Part shown: positions 9,507 through 16,250 of the stretch, one piece after another
Layout: each line of letters starts with the position of its first letter
Position numbering within the stretch: position 1 is the first letter of the stretch
Origin: Candidatus Bathyarchaeia archaeon
GTDB lineage: Archaea; Asgardarchaeota; Heimdallarchaeia; JABLTI01
Direction of reading: 5' to 3'
DNA: 24,000 nt
Assembly (NCBI GenBank): GCA_035528035.1
Contig: DATKZI010000051.1
Coordinates: 26,365-50,364, forward strand
Position numbers and translations under genes: made by a program
Notes under the pieces: generated by a model
Seen by the model: the letters and a program-made list of their open reading frames with translations, nothing else
Database searches by the model: none
Told to the model about the DNA's origin: nothing

Positions 9507-9993
9507 TTATTGTAAAATCATTTTCCAAGCTGCGATGCATTGATCGATGTTAACTTTAAACTTCTTGCTTATCTTTTCCCAATTAGTGTCGTTTATTACA
9601 CCATTTTTAAAAACACTATTAATTGACCGAGCTATCCTCTTAATGATTTCATTGTTATTAGAATAAATAACAATTTTTAACATATGATTGCTTTCTATCA
9701 TATCAGTGAAACCAGCTATTTTGTTTTCAGCTTCAACAAAAACGCTTACTCTTTCTGCTAAATAAAAAAAAATTTATTTCTACAGGAGATGAAAAATCAC
9801 TCCTCGTAGCATCATCAATTTGCTTTAAATATTGAGAAATAATATACCCACTATTAGGTTCATATGTAGAATACAATAATAAAGGTCAATATTTTGTTCC
9901 ACTTGCAGAAGCAAAAAGTATCGTATAAGGTAAATTCAATAAACCTAATGCTTTAGCTCGATTATATACTATAAAACCGATATCCCATCCCAT
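9507..9993 (-). pseudogene. Disrupted gene of unknown function: about 161 codons interrupted by an in-frame TGA and a frameshift at a 9-nt homopolymer
   Basis: My own translation runs ATG at 9993-9991, then 35 codons, then TGA (9888-9886). The same frame continues for 40 sensible codons into the T9 run (A9 on + strand, 9764-9772). Deleting one T joins it to the 64-aa ORF 9507-9701 from the track. Confidence 0.4.
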
Positions 9994-10138
9994 AAAGTAT
10001 TTTTTTATAAACAATGGATTACATTTTATTTAATACTTTTGGGGATGAAAAATTAGCTGATTTTTCGATGACTTTTTTCTCTAGTAATCTTTTTGCTTTC
10101 CAAAGGTTTATTATTCAATATTTTTTAATACCTTACTT

Positions 10139-12064
10139 ATGAAATCAATAGAAAATATCTGTGAGAAATTTGCTTTTCAAAATGCTCTTGATTATGGAAA
10201 AGCACAAGTAGGACCCATTATGAGAATCATTATGAGTGTTTATCCTGATTTACGTAATGATGCTTCAAAAGTAAAAGAAATACTCGAGAAAAAAGTAGAG
10301 TATGTTAATTCCATACAAAAAGCAGAAATTGAGCAAATTATACAGCAAAAATTCCCTGAATTATTGAAAAAAGAAGAGGTAAAAAGTGATTCAGAGGATG
10401 TTGATTTCATAAGAACGATGATCAATGAGGATAATAGAACCAAACGATTTGGTGGTCGAGTTCACACACGTTTCCCTCCAGAACCAAATGGTTATTTACA
10501 TATCGGTCATGCAAAATCAATCAATTTAAATTATGGCATTGCAGAAGAATATAGTGGGAAATTTAATCTAAGATTTGATGATACCAATCCGATAACAGAG
10601 GAAGCTGAATATGTCAAAGGAATCATTGAAGATGTAAAATGGATTGGTGGAAATTTCGAGGATCGCTTATTATTTGCATCCAATTATTTTGATCAATTTT
10701 ACAACTATGCTGTTCAATTGGTTAAAAAAGGACTAGCTTATGTTGATGACTTGACGGTAGAAGAAATTCGCGATTATAGAGGAACATTAACTGAACCTGG
10801 TAAAGAAAGTCCCTTTAGAAATAGAACAATCGAAGAAAATCTCGATTTATTTGAAAGAATGAAAGCAGGAGAATTTCCAAATGGTTCAAAGGTTTTACGA
10901 GCAAAAATCGATATGAATCATCCTAATTTGTTAATGCGCGATCCAATAATGTATCGTATTCTCCATGAAAATCACCATAATACTGGTGATAAATGGTGTA
11001 TTTATCCAATGTATGATTTTGCTCATGGCTTAGAGGATTCTATCGAAAGAGTAACTCACTCAATTTGTACAATGGAATTTGAAGTCCATAGAGAGTTATA
11101 TGATTGGTATCTAGATAACCTTGAGGAGGAAGATGGAAAGCCTATTTTCCATTCACAGCAAATTGAGTTTGCTCGTTTAAATGTTTCATATACCGTTTTG
11201 AGTAAGCGAAAAGTTTTACGATTGGTAAATGAGCGATACATAAATGGTTGGGATGATCCCCGATTGTTGACCATCGTTGGTCTAAAGCGTAGAGGAGTAA
11301 CATCAGATGCTGTTCGAGAATTTTGTAAGAGTATTGGTGTAACTAAAAGAGAGACAGTCATAGATATATCAGTTTTAAATAAGTTTATTCGAGATGATTT
11401 AGATAAACGATGCACTCGAGTTATGACCATTTTACGACCACTAAAAGTTATTTTGACCAATTATCCCGACGATAAAATAGGGGAATTTATTGTACCTAAT
11501 CATCCAAAAGATGAAACTATGGGTAAAAGGAAAGTGAAATTCTCGAAAACATTATACATAGAACAAGAGGATTTCATGGAGAATCCATTAGATGACTTTC
11601 GTCGACTTTCTCCGGGAAAAGAAGTTCGCTTAAAATATTCCTATTTTATCAAATGCGATAAAGTTGTTAAAGATAAGAAAACTGGTGAAATAAAAGAACT
11701 TCAATGTAGCTATGATCCTGCTACTAAAGGTGGTACTGCTCCCGATGGACGAGATGTACAAGGAACTATTCATTGGTTATCTGCCACCAATGCAGTTCAT
11801 GCTGAAATACGCTTATATGACCAACTTTTTACTAAAGAAAATCCTCTTGATGCTGAAGAAGGAAAAGACTACACAGATTACATTAATCCCAATTCCCTTG
11901 AGATACTTCAAGGCTTTGTAGAACCACATCTACAGAAATCAAAAATTGGTGATAGATACCAATTCGAAAGAAATGGTTATTTCAATATTGATTATGATTC
12001 TAAAAAAGATGCTTTAGTCTTTAACAGGATTATTCCTTTACGTGATTCATGGTCCAAGAAATAA
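10139..12064 (+). CDS. glnS: Glutamine--tRNA ligase (glutaminyl-tRNA synthetase, class I) with an N-terminal GatB/YqeY-like extension of about 85 aa
   Basis: 641 aa. HIGH motif (YLHIGHAKS) and KMSKS motif (VLSKRK) are present. Long blocks are colinear with E. coli GlnS as I recall it: [73 protein letters not shown]. Confidence 0.95.
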   Translation: MKSIENICEKFAFQNALDYGKAQVGPIMRIIMSVYPDLRNDASKVKEILEKKVEYVNSIQKAEIEQIIQQKFPELLKKEEVKSDSEDVDFIRTMINEDNRTKRFGGRVHTRFPPEPNGYLHIGHAKSINLNYGIAEEYSGKFNLRFDDTNPITEEAEYVKGIIEDVKWIGGNFEDRLLFASNYFDQFYNYAVQLVKKGLAYVDDLTVEEIRDYRGTLTEPGKESPFRNRTIEENLDLFERMKAGEFPNGSKVLRAKIDMNHPNLLMRDPIMYRILHENHHNTGDKWCIYPMYDFAHGLEDSIERVTHSICTMEFEVHRELYDWYLDNLEEEDGKPIFHSQQIEFARLNVSYTVLSKRKVLRLVNERYINGWDDPRLLTIVGLKRRGVTSDAVREFCKSIGVTKRETVIDISVLNKFIRDDLDKRCTRVMTILRPLKVILTNYPDDKIGEFIVPNHPKDETMGKRKVKFSKTLYIEQEDFMENPLDDFRRLSPGKEVRLKYSYFIKCDKVVKDKKTGEIKELQCSYDPATKGGTAPDGRDVQGTIHWLSATNAVHAEIRLYDQLFTKENPLDAEEGKDYTDYINPNSLEILQGFVEPHLQKSKIGDRYQFERNGYFNIDYDSKKDALVFNRIIPLRDSWSKK

Positions 12065-12076
12065 CCATGAATTAAC

Positions 12077-12085
12077 TTTTTTTTT
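12077..12085 (+). terminator. Oligo-T tract (T9) just downstream of the glnS stop, a candidate archaeal-type terminator
   Basis: A run of nine T begins 13 nt after the TAA at 12062-12064. Archaeal RNA polymerase terminates at oligo-T tracts. Confidence 0.4.
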
Positions 12086-12113
12086 AAAAAAAGAAAGAAA
12101 AAAAAATAATTAT

Positions 12114-12137
12114 ATCTGGTCAGAATACTAACCAGAT
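12114..12137. terminator. 7-bp inverted repeat hairpin between convergent genes
   Basis: ATCTGGT (12114-12120) and ACCAGAT (12131-12137) flank a 10-nt loop. The hairpin lies between the glnS end and the end of the small minus-strand ORF. Confidence 0.3.
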
Positions 12138-12292
12138 TAATCATTAGGTACGTAAATATCAAAGATTTCAATTTCAACATCTGTGTTATCAATACGATTT
12201 TGAGCGTAGAAATAAACACTGAGAAAAATAGTTGGTGTAGCGACAATAACAACTGCGCTAACGATTATAAGGATTTTATATAAATTTTTCAT
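12137..12292 (-). CDS. Small hypothetical single-pass membrane protein (51 aa), absent from the supplied ORF track
   Basis: My own translation: MKNLYKILIIVSAVVIVATPTIFLSVYFYAQNRIDNTDVEIEIFDIYVPND*. It has a clear N-terminal TM helix, an ATG start and a TAA stop. Support is only ORF plus hydrophobicity. Confidence 0.3.
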   Translation of the reverse strand: MKNLYKILIIVSAVVIVATPTIFLSVYFYAQNRIDNTDVEIEIFDIYVPND

Positions 12293-12521
12293 TTAAATTA
12301 CACTAGAATTTACTAAAAAAATAGCTTTTTCAAATAGTAAATAAAGGTTATTTTAGAAACAAAAAAGTAAAAGAGGGATTTCTTATCAAATAAAGTAGGA
12401 AAAAAAGCATTAGCTCTTTTTTAGTTTCAAAAGAAATATTTAAAACCAAAAAAAGAATGTTTGACAAGTAGAAAATCTACAATAGACCTGTAGTCTAGCG
12501 GCCAAGGATTGGGGACTTTGA

Positions 12522-12553
12522 AAAAAGTCTCGAGGCACTCGGGATTCTCAAGA
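12522..12553 (+). other. tRNA intron 1 (32 nt) at the canonical 37/38 position
   Basis: It interrupts the anticodon loop after CTTTGA. Anticodon plus A37 (TTGA) can pair with TCAA (12548-12551) just before the 3' junction. The intron interior forms a 7-bp hairpin, TCTCGAG-GCA-CTCGGGA. The boundaries are ambiguous by 1-2 nt because of A runs. Confidence 0.75.
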
Positions 12554-12573
12554 ATCCCTCGACCGGAGTTCAA

Positions 12574-12604
12574 TCACAAGTTGATGCGTTCAGCTTTGGA
12601 ATAT
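12574..12604 (+). other. tRNA intron 2 (31 nt) at a non-canonical T-loop position (about 58/59)
   Basis: The T stem CGGAG...CTCCG is separated by 38 nt instead of 7. Removing 31 nt restores TTCAAAT. The intron contains the hairpin AGTTGA-TGCGT-TCAGCT. The exact junction is uncertain by 1 nt. Confidence 0.7.
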
Positions 12605-12628
12605 ATCTCCGCAGGTCTACCAATTCTA

Positions 12629-12634
12629 TTTTTT
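12629..12634 (+). terminator. Oligo-T tract (T6) 6 nt downstream of the tRNA 3' end
   Basis: The tract follows the tRNA end in ...CCAATTCTATTTTTTAT. This is typical of archaeal tRNA gene termination. Confidence 0.4.
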
Positions 12635-12644
12635 ATAGATCCCA

Positions 12645-13214
12645 TTATTCTTGCCAGGTGGTAACATCATTAATTGATAATTTTGAGATGCTTCTTGGTT
12701 CAGTAGTTGAATAGCCAAAAGTTACTGCTGCTATTACTTGCATATCTGTTTTGAGAAATTGTTTTACTGCTTTTTCAATATAGAGTATATCACAAATCCA
12801 TAATGAACCAAGACCAAGGTCATATGCTTTTAATAACATATTCTGAATTGCAGCTGAAACGGATTGTATGTCTGGTCTACTTGGATGAGATAAAGGATTA
12901 TCTATACAGAAAACTAACACTATTACAGGTGCTTCTTTCATTGTTGTAAAACTATGTCTAGGAAAAGGAGGAACACCGGAATCAGCAACTAGTTTATCGA
13001 ATTCCTCCAAACAAAAAGAAGCAAATCTCTCTTTAGCTTCCTTATGAAAAACATGAAATCGCCATTGTTGTCCATTTTTTGCTGAAGGAGCACTATTTCC
13101 TGCTGTTAAAATTGCTTTTATTTGCTCTTTTGTTAGAGAATCTGTTTTGTACCTTCTTATTGAACGTCTGTTTGCTATTGCGTTATCTAGTGTCATAATG
13201 TTTAAGCTATTCAA
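12645..13214 (-). CDS. Nitroreductase-family FMN-dependent oxidoreductase
   Basis: The N-terminal signature LDNAIANRRSIRRY and overall size are typical of the NfsA/NfnB/FRP fold family. The track start is TTG at 13214. The ATG at 13196 (MTLDNAIANRRS...) is the more likely true start. Confidence 0.9.
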   Translation of the reverse strand: MNSLNIMTLDNAIANRRSIRRYKTDSLTKEQIKAILTAGNSAPSAKNGQQWRFHVFHKEAKERFASFCLEEFDKLVADSGVPPFPRHSFTTMKEAPVIVLVFCIDNPLSHPSRPDIQSVSAAIQNMLLKAYDLGLGSLWICDILYIEKAVKQFLKTDMQVIAAVTFGYSTTEPRSISKLSINDVTTWQE

Positions 13215-13331
13215 ATATCATTTTTTAATTATTTTGACAAAAACTAATTTTATTTAGTTCTTTATAAAAACAAAATTAATATTCTATAAATGCAACTGTT
13301 ATATTGAGGGATTATTATTACTAAGCAAGAT

Positions 13332-13853
13332 TTGGATTCTTCTGAAGCAATTGTCAGTATGCGTAAAGAGCTTAATTACGAAGAAGTAAAAAAAGAAATT
13401 ATTTATGATTTGAATGAAAATAAACAGATCGTTTTAGCAACTTCATTAAACAATCGAGTAACATCTCGAGTAGTTGATTTTGCTAATGATGATCTAACTA
13501 TCTATTTTATGTCATGGAATCATAATAAGAAAATAACTCAAATTACTGGTAATTCTCATGTAGCTCTTAGCTTGAATAACATACAAATTGAAGCAAAAGC
13601 TGAAATCCTAGGAAGACCTACTGAAGAAAGAAATAAATGCCTTTTAGAATTTCATAAAAAGAAATTTTCCGAAATTTATGTAAAAACATTTTCTAATATC
13701 CCTGAAATTGTTATTGTTAAGATAACTCCTATCTCTATTGTAAAATTTCTAAATATTGATAGAAGATTTTATTTTGTTAAAATGGATATAGCAAACAAAA
13801 AAGCCTATCAAATGAGATTAGAGGATAAAAAAAATCTAGAATATCCTTATTAG
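13332..13853 (+). CDS. Pyridoxamine 5'-phosphate oxidase-like FMN-binding split-barrel protein (general stress protein 26-like)
   Basis: 173 aa. The pattern ...IVLATSLNNRVTSRVVDFANDDLTIYFMSWNHNKKITQITGNSHVALSL... fits the PNPOx-like fold. The track start is TTG. An alternative ATG lies at 13359. Confidence 0.7.
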   Translation: MDSSEAIVSMRKELNYEEVKKEIIYDLNENKQIVLATSLNNRVTSRVVDFANDDLTIYFMSWNHNKKITQITGNSHVALSLNNIQIEAKAEILGRPTEERNKCLLEFHKKKFSEIYVKTFSNIPEIVIVKITPISIVKFLNIDRRFYFVKMDIANKKAYQMRLEDKKNLEYPY

Positions 13854-13950
13854 AAATAATTTAATTGCCTACATTATTAGCTTGTGATAAAAAAAGAAAT
13901 AAAAAATTGAAATTAATTACCAGTTCTTATCAAGAGAGAGGTGATTTATC

Positions 13951-14289
13951 TCATTCTTTTTCCTCAGAAAAATCAAATGAGAAATCTTTACTTTGTTTTT
14001 GCATTTGACTAAACATTACTTTTTGAATTATATTACCTATAATATTAGAGCTAACTTTACGTTTTCTTCTTAATTTGGATAATGGGGCAAATAATAACAC
14101 CAATACTAATAGTACTGAAACTGTTAATACAGGTAAAGATAATAGAATAACAGTTATTCTTTCATTTATGAATGCATTTGTATCGCCCCAGCCAACGAGA
14201 CCCCAAATGGCAAAGGTTACATATGCAACCATTATCAGTAGAAATAAAAAATAGAATAATACTTTAGTAAATTTCTTCATTTTTATCAC
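13951..14289 (-). CDS. Hypothetical small membrane protein (2 TM helices, basic/acidic C-terminal tail)
   Basis: 112 aa ORF with two clear hydrophobic helices. It lies 34 nt downstream of the ChrB-like gene on the same strand. Confidence 0.5.
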   Translation of the reverse strand: MIKMKKFTKVLFYFLFLLIMVAYVTFAIWGLVGWGDTNAFINERITVILLSLPVLTVSVLLVLVLLFAPLSKLRRKRKVSSNIIGNIIQKVMFSQMQKQSKDFSFDFSEEKE

Positions 14290-14323
14290 TTTTGTTAATA
14301 ATATTATCGAATAAGATATTTAC

Positions 14324-14872
14324 TTAAATTAATTTTCTGGAATTCAATTGATTGATTTTAGTTTTTATATATAATGTCCTTTCACCACGAGAGGGTATTT
14401 TTTCTAATTCATCTTTATATTTCTCAAATATTATTTCTCTTTGAAGATAAGTATAAAGAACATCATAAAATGGAAATTCAAGATTTAATGCATCATGATC
14501 AGACTCTACTAATAATGGTGCACCACTTGCTATTGCCTCTAATGCTATTGCTAATGGTTCCATCTCAATATTATCTGTATCTGCTGCTCGAACGATTTTT
14601 CTCATTCTTTGTAAAGCTTCATCCTCTTCAAGATTATAGATTTTAATGATAGCGTCAAATGTACAATATTTCACACCATTTTCTTCATAGTGATTTAAAT
14701 CAGCATTTGGTAATTTAACATCAAAAGGAATTGCACCTGTCTTTTCAACAAAATCAGCTATTTCATTTTGAGGTAAAAAAATAAATTGTGCGTGTAAATC
14801 AATGAAATTTTTTATTAACCACGGACAAGCAACCCTATCTACATGAACATAATTTCTAGTAACCCATATCAT
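14324..14872 (-). CDS. Chromate-resistance (ChrB C-terminal, 'Chrome_Resist')-like domain protein
   Basis: The N-terminus WVTRNYVHVDRVACPWLIKNFIDLHAQFIFLP matches the conserved WVTR...DR.ACPWLIRRFID..A.F.F block of ChrB-type proteins, recalled from memory. Confidence 0.65.
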   Translation of the reverse strand: MIWVTRNYVHVDRVACPWLIKNFIDLHAQFIFLPQNEIADFVEKTGAIPFDVKLPNADLNHYEENGVKYCTFDAIIKIYNLEEDEALQRMRKIVRAADTDNIEMEPLAIALEAIASGAPLLVESDHDALNLEFPFYDVLYTYLQREIIFEKYKDELEKIPSRGERTLYIKTKINQLNSRKLI

Positions 14873-15104
14873 AATTATCGTTTATTAAGAAGATTCATTA
14901 TTTATAAACTTTAAAGAGTATTATTGAAAAAATTCTATTAACAATTTTCTTTAGAATTTTAAATAAATAAGAGTGATTTTTTATTGAATTATTATGAAGA
15001 ATTATAATTAAATTAAGAATAAAAAATATGACTTTAAAGGATTAGTAAACTAAAAAATAGCAAGATAAAGTAAATGATATTTATCACATTTTGGAGAATT
15101 AATA

Positions 15105-16172
15105 ATGATCACACCAAAGAAAGTAGTTATTGAGAAACTAAATATTAAGGAAATACCCGAAGATTTCTGGGATAAATATCATCTTTTTAATGAAAAAATT
15201 CATCAAGAAATTTTTCCTAATGAACCTTTAATTTCTCGAAATGTTGTTGAAAAAAGAATCATTAGTGATAGTCCTGAATATCATTGGAGTCGTTGGATAA
15301 TCTACAACGATAAAACAAAAAAGGAAATTATTGCTTCATGTACATTTGGTTATACTCGTGAAGATTCACCTTCATATGAAGAAAATAAAGGTAACAGCTA
15401 TTTCAATATAGTAATAGACAATGATTTTAGACGTAAAGGATTAGGTTCCTTTCTTCTTAAAAAAACAGCAAAAATACTAATTGAACACGGATTTAAATTT
15501 GCGCAAACACAGACTTATTTTGAACCAGGAATTCAATTTTGTAAAAAATATAATGCTACTTTAGTTAATATTGAGCGTGATAATCGTTTATATCTTAATG
15601 AAGTTAATTGGGAGATGGTTACTTCTTGGGCAAATGAAGCTCAACAAAAAAATCCTGAAACAAGGATTGAACAATTTAATACTTATCCTGATTCAGATAT
15701 CCTTGAATTAACAAAATTAATTACAATAATTGAAAGCGAAACGCCTATTCAAGACGAAGAAAAAAGATGGCATGAAGTCTTTACACCTGAATCTTGGCGA
15801 AAGTATGAGCAGCATTTTGAGGCAAGAGGGTACACATTTTATAATATGATTACGCGAGAGAAAGATGGTACTATAAGCGGAATTACTGGAATTTCTACCT
15901 CATCTGAAGAAAATCCTCATCAAATTGAACAAGAACTTACAGGGGTGTTGAAAGAATACCGTGGTAAAGGGTATGGTAAATGGCTTAAAGCACAAATGCT
16001 TCTTTTAATAAGAGATAATCTGCCAAATAAGATCCACATAACAACTGGAAATGCTGATCACAATGTACCGATGCTTTCAATTAATACTAGACTTGGATTT
16101 AAGCAAAGATATACTATTTCAACATTTAATTTTATAATACAAGATTTGCTAGAAATATTAGGAAAGGATTGA
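15105..16172 (+). CDS. Tandem-domain GNAT family N-acetyltransferase
   Basis: 355 aa with two acetyl-CoA motif-A-like segments, FRRKGLGSFLLKK (N-terminal half) and YRGKGYGKWLKAQ (C-terminal half). A GGAG Shine-Dalgarno-like motif lies upstream. Confidence 0.8.
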   Translation: MITPKKVVIEKLNIKEIPEDFWDKYHLFNEKIHQEIFPNEPLISRNVVEKRIISDSPEYHWSRWIIYNDKTKKEIIASCTFGYTREDSPSYEENKGNSYFNIVIDNDFRRKGLGSFLLKKTAKILIEHGFKFAQTQTYFEPGIQFCKKYNATLVNIERDNRLYLNEVNWEMVTSWANEAQQKNPETRIEQFNTYPDSDILELTKLITIIESETPIQDEEKRWHEVFTPESWRKYEQHFEARGYTFYNMITREKDGTISGITGISTSSEENPHQIEQELTGVLKEYRGKGYGKWLKAQMLLLIRDNLPNKIHITTGNADHNVPMLSINTRLGFKQRYTISTFNFIIQDLLEILGKD

Positions 16173-16250
16173 CTGATCATTGAAATCATCAATCTATTCC
16201 ATCACTAAAGAAATTATAGAATAAAGTATAAATTATAATCATCATTCCCT

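Larger units (their letters stand above)
12484..12622 (+). tRNA. tRNA-Gln (anticodon UUG) with two inferred introns and a genomically encoded 3' CCA
   Basis: Folded by hand. The acceptor stem AGACCTG/CAGGTCT has 7 perfect bp. The D arm is GTCT-AGCGGCCAA-GGAT. The anticodon stem is GGGGA/TCCCT with loop CTTTGAA (TTG at 12518-12520). The T stem is CGGAG/CTCCG with loop TTCAA..AT. The discriminator is A, followed by CCA. Removing 32 nt and 31 nt leaves a canonical 76-nt cloverleaf. Confidence 0.85.

Noticed and set aside
9886-9888. The in-frame TGA in the 9507-9993 reading frame as a possible selenocysteine codon. Some archaea, including Lokiarchaeota, have Sec machinery.
   Set aside because: The local context (..GTKY-U-PLLLY..) has no redox motif such as CxxU/UxxC. 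The same gene also carries a homopolymer frameshift. The only downstream hairpin (9411-9431, ACCTTTAA/TTAAAGGT) is a plain AT stem, not a SECIS-like structure. A nonsense mutation in a pseudogene is the simpler explanation.
10014-10142. A 42-codon upstream ORF ([42 protein letters not shown]) whose TGA overlaps the glnS ATG (ATGA). It contains two Gln codons and could be a leader peptide or translational coupling element.
   Set aside because: It has no RBS. A TATA-like box (TTTATTAT, about 10107-10114) lies inside it at about -26 from the glnS ATG, which suggests a leaderless glnS mRNA that would exclude the uORF. The composition is what AT-rich non-coding DNA yields by chance. It is only worth revisiting if TSS mapping shows a long leader.
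1090-11921. Many short ORFs from the track nested inside or antisense to larger genes: 1090-1299, 2950-3219, 3734-3979, 4452-4652, 4601-4915, 4604-4795, 6656-6880, 8190-8450, 8777-8965, 10240-10443, 11056-11460, 11712-11921.
   Set aside because: Each lies fully within a longer ORF that has clear family motifs. Their sequences are low-complexity or unrecognisable. They are shadow ORFs, as expected from the reading-frame structure of real genes.
11992-12252. 86-aa minus-strand ORF from the track that overlaps the 3' end of glnS.
   Set aside because: It overlaps a high-confidence gene and has low-complexity F/L/K-rich content derived from A/T runs. A different frame gives a more credible 51-aa TM peptide (12137-12292).
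12484-12700. The tRNA-Gln gene as an integration site for a mobile element or genomic island.
   Set aside because: I saw no integrase or transposase anywhere in the window and no direct repeat of the tRNA 3' end. The flanking genes are ordinary metabolic enzymes.
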